A stretch of 64,000 nucleotides of DNA from contig NC_067400.1 in NCBI RefSeq assembly GCF_016432865.1, positions 613,862,001 to 613,926,000 on the forward strand, read 5' to 3'. Position numbers and translations under genes: made by a program. This document shows, piece after piece, positions 55,073 to 64,000 of this stretch (the first letter of the stretch is position 1; each line of letters opens with the position of its first letter). The notes beneath the pieces are model-generated. The model was not told the DNA's origin, did no database searches, and saw nothing but the letters and a program-made list of their open reading frames with translations. Origin of the DNA: Antechinus flavipes. Taxonomy: Eukaryota.

Positions 55073-55620
55073 TGTGGGGAATAGATAAGGTGAAGAACTT
55101 ACAGGAATGTATGAATTCTTTTTCTGTATTTTATTATTTCTGTGTTTCCCCTATGACCTGTATAATATGTGCAGGCTCATATCTACTTGAGCCTTGGCCA
55201 GCTAGAAACATATTTACTTAACCTGAGCTGATGACATTTATTGGTATTTGACATTTATCAATATTTAGTCTATAAGCGGGACCACTCTCTGCTTGATTAA
55301 GCCTGAAGGCCTGACTTTCTGTTTCCTAGAAATCAGGAGATTTCAGGGAAACAGAACCTTCCATTCCAATCTCCCCGAATAGCAACAACCAATTAGATGC
55401 CTCCCCCTCCCCTTCTCAGTGCTCTCTTACTCGTGATGTAATTTCTTGTATAAAAGCTATGTATCTTCACTACTTCTTTAGCCCTCCTACCATGAATTTT
55501 CTCTTTATCTTGTGATGGGACGGCTCATCCTCCAGAGGTTTTCAATAAACATCTTTTCTGCCTTCTACTGAGTGATCTCTGAGTAGTCATTTTGGGTAAA
55601 GGTCTTCTACATCCCTCACA
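55073..55620 (+). mobile_element. Solo ERV LTR, copy 2 (548 bp)
   Basis: Same length, about 8 substitutions versus copy 1 by manual comparison, same TGGG TSD and same flanks at offset 1139. Confidence 0.9.
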
Positions 55621-58199
55621 TGGGCTTGAGAGGAAGATGGGAAGTGCTGGGCTTGAGAGGAAGATGGGAAGTTCTGGGCCTGGGAGGAAGATGGAAGGTG
55701 CTGGGCCTGAGAGGAAGATGGAAGGTGTTGGGTTTGAGAGAAAGATGGAAGGTGCTGTTGGAAGGAAGATGGAAGGTATTGGGCCTGAGAAGAAGATGGA
55801 AGGTGTTGGGCTTGAGAGGAAGATGGGAAGTGCTGGGCTTGGGAGGAAGATGGAAGGTGTTGGGCCTGAGAGGAAGATGGAAGGTGCTAGGCTAGGGAGG
55901 AAGATGGAAGGTGTTGGGCCTGAGAGGAAGATGGGAAGTGCTGGGCTTGAGAGGAAGATGGGAAGTGCTGGGTTTGAGAGGAAGATGGGAAGTGCTGAAC
56001 TTGAGAGGAAGATGGGAAGTGCTGGGCTTGGGAGGAAGATGGAAGGTGTTGGGCCTGAGAGGAAGATGGAAGGTGCTAGGCTTGAGAGGAAGATGGGAAG
56101 TGCTGGGTTTGAGAGGAAGATGGGAAGTGCTGGGCTTGGGAGAAAGATGGAGGTGCTGGGGTTGAGAGGAAGATGGGAAGTTCTGGGCTTTGGAGGAAGA
56201 TGGAAGGTGCTGGGCTTGAGAGGACCAAACTCCTCAAATTAGAAATATTAAAAGCCAGGAGTTCCAATAGATAAATATCACAAAGATCTGGCAGCCGTGC
56301 CATGGACCAATGGAGTGATCTCCAAGGATGATGGGGACAAAAGGATGGTTTGGAAGTGGCAGTGAAAAGCAGTTTCCTTCTCCCTTAGTTTAGTGTCACC
56401 TAGTGGGGAAACGAGGGAAGTACTCATCGCTGGAGATGGTGGCCAAGGATGATTCAGAGAGAGGCAGGTTCCTCTGGGCCAGAAGACAGATGAGTTCTAG
56501 GAAGAAAGGGAGTTTCTGAGGCTCCATGGGGCATGGTGGAACTGGGAGGGCAGGGAACAGAGACTGGGGAAGAAAAGATGAGCTGCCTTAAGAATGAAGA
56601 CTCAAAATGGAGAAAGATGAGTTTTTCCCAAAGTCAAGCTTAAAATTTGTCATAACAAACCAGGTTTTTCAGAATCCGAGCTGAGCTCTTCTTGTAGCAG
56701 CTCGTGTCTGGGTGTCGATTTGCACCCTATTGCTTACTGTTTTGCTTTGGAGTGTAAGCTTCGTGTATCAGTCGGTTGGCTGGCATGTGTGTGGGGTCAC
56801 TGTCCCTGGGACCCGTTTCTGGCTGCTTAAGTTTTGGGGTGTCTGTGTCGGTTCCATTAGGTGTCTCTATTTTTGTCAAAATCCCCGTGTCTTATGCTCT
56901 CTGCAGGTCTGCCCCTCTGTACCCCCTTGAGAGATAAGGCCTGAAGACCAACACCCAAGAAGGATCTGCACTGCTGAAGCCCACTACCCTTGTTTCTTCA
57001 CCGTTGTCCGGAGTAGAGGCTGCTCTCTTAGCCTCAGTTTCTCCTTCTGTTGTTGCTCCATCGTGTCCACTTTTGTGACAGTGGACCACACGGCTGGTCA
57101 ATACTGGACATGGGGTTTTCTTGGCAAAGATTCTGGAGTGTTTAAGGACAACAGAGCTTAAGTAACTTGCCCATGATGGCATAGCCAGTAAGGGGTGTGA
57201 GGGAGAATTTGAAGTCCTGTTTTCATGACTTCCTGTTCATTGGGATAACTAACTGCCTCTTTCCCTCCCTCAGCTCAAACCCTGCCCCTTGTGGGTGGGG
57301 GTTGTTAGAAAGGACTTAATCTGGAAGGGCAGTAAAAGTGCTTTGAAGGCTCAGAAGTGGGGGCGGGGAGATGGGGATTTCCAGTTTTAGGAAGTCGGGG
57401 GTCCCAGCCAGGAGGTGGGAGATGGTTTTTGAGTGAGGGGGATGTTTGAGGGTAAGCCGGGAGCAAGCTGGCAGGGCCGTGTCCCAGGCTGGATTTAGGG
57501 AGGCTCGAGCAGGGGAGGGCCGGGATGAGGGTCTTCTGCTGTGTCTGCTGTTAGAGCAGGAGCTTGGGGTGCCTGTGAGATGAGGGGGTGAAGACGGGGG
57601 AGGGATGAGGAGGTGTTGGTGGGGAGAGAGAGAAAGGATAAAAGGCTTCAGGCTGAGCGTGGGGGATCCAGGATAATGACGTTTGGAGGGGGAGTGGGGG
57701 TGGGACTGAGGGTGGGGGAGAGCTTGAGAGTAAAAGGAACTTGGGGGACAAAGTCCTGGAAGCTCACACGTGATTAAGGAGGTCACGCTGAAAGGGAGGG
57801 GAGGGGTGCACGGTGGTGGGAGGAGGGGGCTAGAAAAAAGAGTCTGGAGATAGCTTGGGGGATTCAGGTTAGGGGGTGGAGAGAAAGAAGAGCATGGGGG
57901 TGTCTGGAGAGGGGAGAGTTTAGGTCACATGCAGCTGAAGGGGTCAGAATGGTGAGCGGAGAGAGATTGGACGAAAGGGTCTTGGGCTGAGCTGGGCTCA
58001 GAGAGAGTGTACAAGGAGGGGCCGGGGTCCCCCATCACGGTTGGCTGACGGAGTCCGTGGGGGAGGGGAGTTGAGTAGAGGGGACTTCCAGATGAGCTCC
58101 AGGGGTCACATGTCAGACTGAGTGGGGCATGAGGGGGTCCCTGGCTAAGCGGACGCTGGGGGACTTAGGGGGGTCCAGGGGCCTGTGGAAGGCGGGGGT

Positions 58200-58323
58200 G
58201 AAGGAGCAGGCCGCTGCCGTGGATCCCGGAGGGCGGAGGGGAGCGCGCGGAGCTGGGGGCGGGGGGCCAGCGGCGCATCGGCTGTGGCTGCGGCGGCGGC
58301 GCATGCGGCCCAGGCCCGAGCCC

Positions 58324-58354
<31 letters not shown>

Positions 58355-58485
58355 GCGGTCAGAGCACCCGGGGCCAGCCGGAGCTCCGGCAGCGGCTGCT
58401 GCGGCAGCTGCGGCGGCATCGGAGGGAGAGGAGGAGGAGGGGCGGCCGGAGCGCGGAGGCAGCGGCCCGGGCCGGGCAGGCGCAG
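58200..58485 (+). promoter_or_regulatory. SPTBN4: CpG island and probable non-coding exon 1 of SPTBN4
   Basis: CpG island divergent from BLVRB, GGC repeats 58324-58359, donor CAG|GTGAGA at 58485/58486. Gene identity from synteny only; no SPTBN4 coding sequence seen in the window. Confidence 0.6.
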
Positions 58486-59894
58486 GTGAGACCCTGGGGC
58501 GGCAGGCCCAGCGCCCGGGGCAGAGAGGGATGGGGGACGGGCTGTGACCCAGCCTGCCCTCCCTCTCCCTCCGCTGTCGGGAGGCCCCACTCCGCCCTGG
58601 ACCGCCCGCACCTGCGGCAGGGAGGGAGGAGGGAGGAGCGAGGCGGAGGGCATCTTCCCACGGGCGCCCGCATCCCCGGCGCTCACTATTCCAGGCTCCG
58701 CGGGCCTGAGAGCTCGCTCACTCCCGGCCCCCCGGCCCAAGGTCTGGGAGCTGCTCCCCTCGGGAATACGTGTGTGTGCAGGGGAACAGGGACACGCGTG
58801 TGCTAAGCGGGCCAGTTCCCCTGGGGTCTCCGAAGGACTGTGGGACAGGACAGGGTCAGGATGCCCTCCCGAGTCCCGGGATCTGGCTCCCTCCCTCCTC
58901 ATTCCGGGCTCATCACCCATCATCCCAGTGTTTCAGAACCGCAGGTTGGGGTGGGGGGGAGGTGTAGGACTGGAGGTTCTGGGGCCTGCGGGGAGGGCGG
59001 GTCTGGAGTGTAGAGACCAGAGCAGTCACTTCCCGCATTCACACACCCAGCCCAGGCTCCCTCCAGCCTTGCTCCCTCTAACCACGTGGTGCTTTAGGCA
59101 TCCCCAGGATCCCCTAGTCCTTGTTCTGTCCCTGCCGGTCTATGGCCCCCGTAGGCCCGGAGAAGGCTTTTCTCCTCCCCACCCCTGCTCTTGATCTGCG
59201 GAGAAAAGAACACCTTGTCCCCGTCTCCTGTCCTCCCGCAGAGGGGAGTCCGGGGGAGCCAGGGACTCCAGAAAGGAGGGGTCATATACCAGAGAGTAGA
59301 TCACAGGATTGAGTCTCCCCCACTTCACTCCTGTAACCCCCAAAGCCAACAGAAAAAACTTCCTCTCATAGGATATAGAATCTTGAGGGGGATTAGTAAT
59401 TGTGTGATGTCTCTCATCTTATAGCCAGAAAAACAGCCCTGTCCCCTACATCTCGGGCCTAAACCTGCAAGTCTGACTTCAGGCGGTCTTCATTGTTTCT
59501 GGGGTCCTCCCTTTCCCTAACTCAGGCTCTGAATGACTCTTTGTCTGAACCACAGAATCGTGGCATGTCATCCTGTTAGAGCTGGCAGGTGCCTAACCGG
59601 AAAGCTGCTGTCCTCTCTTACCACTTTCTGTTCTTTCCCAGCACTCTTAGCAAGACCCCCTCAAGTCATACCTTCAGGCTACATCCTCCATCCCCATTCC
59701 CTCACTCTCTACTCACTTTCCAATCTGTAGTAGCCTCAGCCTTTCTCCTGTTCCCAAACTATCCAGCCAGCGATTACTGATAATCTCTTGCTAAATCCCA
59801 GTTCTCTTTCTCCTGGATCTTTGAGTAGTTTTTGATATGGGTGCCAGTATCTCTCTTCTGGATGTTCTCTCCAAGTGGCTTGGGTGACATTGCT

Positions 59895-60044
59895 NNNNNN
59901 NNNNNNNNNNNNNNNNNNNNNNNNNNNNNNNNNNNNNNNNNNNNNNNNNNNNNNNNNNNNNNNNNNNNNNNNNNNNNNNNNNNNNNNNNNNNNNNNNNNN
60001 NNNNNNNNNNNNNNNNNNNNNNNNNNNNNNNNNNNNNNNNNNNN
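59895..60044. other. Assembly gap (150 N)
   Basis: Run of N, with a SINE fragment directly on the right side. Confidence 1.
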
Positions 60045-61859
60045 GATTTGCCCAGGATCACACAGCTAGGAAGTATTAATTGTCTGAGGTCAGATTTGCA
60101 CTCAGCTCCTCCAGACTTCAGGGCTGGTGCTCTAGCCACTGTGCCACCTAGCTGCCCCGCTTCTTGTTTGCTTTGCAGAGGTCACCATACATTTATTTTC
60201 CTATTCTTTAAACACAAAATCTTATCTTATGGCTAGCCAGTGCCTACTTCTTCCTCACCTAATCCTCATGATTTAGAGCATCATCAGTGGCCACCTGGAA
60301 AACCACCTCTGCTCTCATCTCCATCTCCCTGAGTCTTAGACCTCCTCAGATCTGTATCCAACTGCCCAGTACCCTCCCTTCCACAGTACTCCCTGGAATC
60401 CCTCTGTGCTCAGGCAGGAACATACAAGTTGATTAAGAAAGTAGCCTTCAGCTTAGGCCTTCTCTGCTGTGCACTTTGCTTCTGCTATTCAGGGAAAACT
60501 GACTCCCTAAGGAGAGACTGCCTCCTGGGCATTCCACCCAGTATTAGCCACCCTTCCTGTTATTTCCCTTCCCCCAACTAAGTTAATATTTATTTAATAT
60601 TTTTATTTTCCCATTACATAGAAAACAATTTTTTACATTTGTTTTTAAAACTCAGAGTTCCAGATTCGTCCCCTCCCTCCCCACCTTCCCCCCACTTTAA
60701 GAAGGCACTTGTGAAGTTATGCAAAACCCCTCATAGAATTAGCAGAAGATATACTTCTTGTTCTTCAAGGTCATTTCCAGGCCTTCCGACTGGCTGCCAT
60801 CCCCCAGAATCCTTTCCTCATTTGAGATCCACTCCTCCCGGATCAATCCCCCCATCCAGATCCGGGCGGGAGTTATCTGTCAGCCTCTTCCTTTGTCAGA
60901 TAATTAGCCACCTTGCTCACAATCTCCTTCAGAACTCCAGCGTCGGCCTTTGGACTTGGAGACTTCACCATGTATATTGATGTTCACTTATCAACTTCTT
61001 CAACATACACAGCCACCCACAAAGGTATCACGCCTTGGTGATCTCACCGTCATCCATGAATGTTCCACTCCCAAGACAAGAACTATGAAATCTGTCCCAT
61101 TATCCCTAGCCTTTCATTACTCACTGAGGTGCATCCCTTCCAATTTTATTTTTTGCCCTTACAATCACCTCCAGTCCTTCCATCCCTTCTCCAAGGCCAT
61201 CATCTCCCCTTGGCTTTTACTTTGCTCCTTGCCCGGTCTTGGTCCGGAAGTTACCCCGGTCAGCCATACACATGCTCTACTTTCTTTATCCTTTGCCCTT
61301 TCTAAACCCTAACCACCTAAACCTGTCCTCATTGTTCTCCACTCTTACTGAAATTGTCCTATAGATGCTCTGACAGGTCATTGAGATTATCCGATCCCAG
61401 TTGGGTTCTTATGTCTACAAAGCAATCCAATTGAGTCTCTGCTACTGGACTCCTTATATCAGTAACTGTTCCAAACCTTTTTTCCCCTCTGTAAGCCTCC
61501 ATTATTTCCTCCTTCATCTTTATAGACAAAGAACCTCATCTCAAACTTTACTGAGAAAATAGAAATTATTGAATGTCTTTTCCCTCTCCTCTCCTCTGAA
61601 TCTCAACATCCCTTCACATCCTTTGCCCAAGTTTTTTCTCCTCACTAAGGCTAATCCCTCGATTTGCTCCCTCTATCCCATCCCTTCCTTTTTCCTCTAG
61701 CCATTCACATAAGCATTTATTAAGTGCTTCATGTGTGCTAAGCAGTGGGGATATGGAGAAAAGCAGAAACAATCCCTGCCTTCAAGGAGCCTCCATTCTA
61801 ATGGGACAGAACAGGGACTGGACCTGCCTTTTTAGTAGCCCAGGGAATTCTGAGGTGAT

Positions 61860-62160
61860 GAAACTTTGTCTTAATATACCTTTTCGGTTTCTTACCTACC
61901 CTTAGTCACTGAACAGGTGGTTACCTCAGGCAGATTGAAACCTGTTAAAGACCTTAGTTTAAAAGGCCAAATTCTCCACTGTATCCAGGGCCACTTCCAG
62001 TCATCCTGATCTATATCTTGCTGCTGGATACAGAGGAGAAAGTGAGGCAGGTGGTCGTGCACAGCCCTCCCTCCCTCCAGTCCAATTCACTTGCATGTCA
62101 CGACATCGCTTCCCTGATGCATCTTCAGGAACAAAGGACAAACAACAACTTTTTCAGCAA
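61860..62160. mobile_element. Marsupial RTE-related SINE (WALLSI-like)
   Basis: ccagtcatcctgatctatatcttg...ggagaaagtgaggc...cagccctccctc...tccaattcacttgcatgtca...aaggacaaacaacaac; family recalled from memory. Confidence 0.65.
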
Positions 62161-62169
62161 CTTAACAGT

Positions 62170-62525
62170 CTTTGAGAGTGGTTTAGATCCCAGCTTCTTA
62201 AATTATGGCTCATGACCCCATATGGAGGTCATGTGAGAGTCATAAAGTACTATCAATAAATGTTTGATTTGTATACCTACTTTATATACCTAAATGCCCA
62301 GAGTCACATACAAATTCTACTTTTTTGTTGTTGTTGAGACAGTTGGGATTAAGTTACTTGCCTAAAGTCACACAGCTTAGTAAGTGTCTGAGGCTGGATT
62401 TGAACTTAGGTCCTCCTGACTTCAGGGCTGGCACGCTATCAACTGTGCCTTCTAACTGCCCCTCACATAGAAATTTCTAGGGCAAAAAGGGGTCAAGAGT
62501 AGGAAAAGATAAGAAGCCCTGGTCC
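62170..62525. mobile_element. Non-autonomous hAT/Charlie-like DNA transposon split by a SINE
   Basis: aaatgtttgatttgtatacc...gagtcacata | SINE | aaatttctagggcaaaaaggggtc..gag...aagaagccctg; from memory of consensus. Confidence 0.5.
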
Positions 62526-62864
62526 AGATCACTGTGTTTAAATGGCCCACGCAGTGTCACACGGGATGTGTCAGAGACAGGATCTGACACAGAGTCTTCC
62601 TGGGTTTGAGTTCAGCTTTCTCTCCATGAGAAAATGGAAGAATTAAGTGTGGTTAAGTGACGAGGATGGAAGTGAAACAACAAAAGGTTGAAAAGTAAGT
62701 GAGGAGATGGCAATATTGACCAACTCTTTCTAGGTTTCATTGTGAAAGAGCAGAGGCAAACAGCCTGTGGGAACGATGCTGTCTCCGACAAATATGTACA
62801 TCTAAGTTACATACACAATAGATGGAAGATGACTAAGGGGTGAAGACTCCAACATAAGATTAGC

Positions 62865-63110
62865 CAAGTGGTTGAAATGGATAAAGTGCTGGGCCTGGAA
62901 TCAAGATTATTTCGAATCTAGCTTTGGACGCTTACTAGCTTGTGTGGTCCTGGGGAAGTCATTCCACCTTTGTCTGCCTCAGTTTCCTCAACTGGAAAAT
63001 GGGGACGTCAATCGCCCCTACTTCCTAGGATTTTCAGAAGGATCAAATGAGATAATATATTCGGAGAATGTCTTGCACGATGCCTGGCACATATGTAAAT
63101 GTTAGCTATT
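62865..63110 (+). mobile_element. MIR SINE, near full length
   Basis: ggataaagtgctgggcctggaatc...gcctcagtttcctcaactggaaaatgggga...gaaggatcaaatgagataatata...gcctggcacat. Confidence 0.85.
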
Positions 63111-64000
63111 CTTATTCTTATCAATATTATAATTGGAGCACTTTGCTATACAAATTTTAGTTATTATTTTCTTCCAATTTCTCCTAGCCTACCGGCTCGT
63201 TCCTTGCTTCATGTCTGTCTCATCCCTAAAAAGTCTCAACCTGACTGAATCGTTCCCACAGGCTGTTTGCCTCTGCTCTTTCACAATGAAACCTAGAAAG
63301 AGTTGGTCAATATTGCCATCTTCTCACTTTTCAACCTTTTGCTGTTTCACTTCCAACTTCTTGTTCCACTTTCATCCTCATCACTCGACCACACTTAATT
63401 CTTCAAGGCTAGCAAGGTTCTCCATTTTAAAAAATCTTACTAGCTTTTGCTAGATTCCCTACTGCATCTCTCCCTTCCTTGCTCCCTTATAGTAAATAAT
63501 AATTTTTTAAAAAGAAAAGAAAAGAAAAAAGTTCATCCAAATCAACCAACTTATCAAAAAGTCTATGGAGTATCTCTTAGTCATGGCCCTCCACCTCTGG
63601 TAAATGAGAGGAAGTGTCTTTTTATGGGGCTTCTTTGAATTCAGGCTTGAGTCATTTTAATTCCAGGAATTCATTTTGTATTTTTTTTTATAGTTCTTTC
63701 TCACTTACATCATTACAGTCATTTTTTGGACTGTCTTTTGCCTCTTTTCTTATTCCTGGCACATAGAAGGCACTTGATAAACAATTATCCCTTATTTTCC
63801 TGGCTCTGCGTCCCCCAGTCTGCATCAGTTCATCTAAGTCTTCTCAACCTTTAATATCTGCACATGTTCTGAATCGATTCCATTCCCCATCATCAGACAC
63901 CTTGTCACAGGTCCATGACGCGAGCACGAACTCTCAGAGCCCAATCCTCCATGCCATCTATATTCATCATTGTTTCTTTTTTTTTTTTTTTGAAGTCCTT

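Larger units (their letters stand above)
53770..56220. repeat. 27-bp purine-rich minisatellite in three blocks (53770-53933, 54482-55072, 55621-56220)
   Basis: Unit GTGCTGGGCTTGAGAGGAAGATGGGAA with variants, interrupted by two LTR copies. Confidence 0.97.

Noticed and set aside
53934-55620. Intact or internally deleted provirus (LTR-internal-LTR)
   Set aside because: Each LTR has its own identical TSD and flanks; the interior is the host minisatellite with no tRNA-matching PBS that I recognise and no gag/pol/env.
55592-56242. Repetitive GLERKMGSA / GLRGRWEVL ORFs (also 53749-55023)
   Set aside because: Frames of a 27-bp (3n) minisatellite.
59774-60236. ORFs spanning X runs
   Set aside because: Artefacts of the 150-N gap.
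58486-64000. SPTBN4 coding exon or another gene
   Set aside because: No spectrin N-terminal or calponin-homology peptide in any frame; sequence is L2/L1/SINE-rich intron.

Overview
Vertebrate genomic DNA, almost certainly marsupial: the SINE and L1 3' ends resemble those of dasyurids (species not determinable). It is syntenic with human 19q13.2 in the order PLD3 (+, 486 aa), HIPK4 (-, 628 aa), PRX (-, L-form 1612 aa), SERTAD1 (-), SERTAD3 (-), BLVRB (-, 207 aa), then the probable non-coding first exon of SPTBN4 (+). All six complete CDSs were rebuilt exon by exon with consistent phases; one intron (BLVRB intron 1) is GC-AG. The left ~38 kb is very GC-rich with tiny introns; the right part is more AT-rich and dense in L2/MIR/L1/LTR copies. 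Best leads: (1) a candidate upstream coding exon giving periaxin a 67-aa, Cys-containing N-terminal extension; (2) a ~2.4-kb array of ~56 43-bp units, most carrying TATAAA plus a GATA motif, between the PRX poly(A) site and the HIPK4 5' end; (3) a solo LTR inserted in a minisatellite and then duplicated with it, mimicking a provirus; (4) a GATA/E-box/CACCC/NF-E2 cluster in BLVRB intron 1. No prokaryotic features or structural RNA genes were found. Orthologue comparisons are from memory of human proteins, not from database searches.
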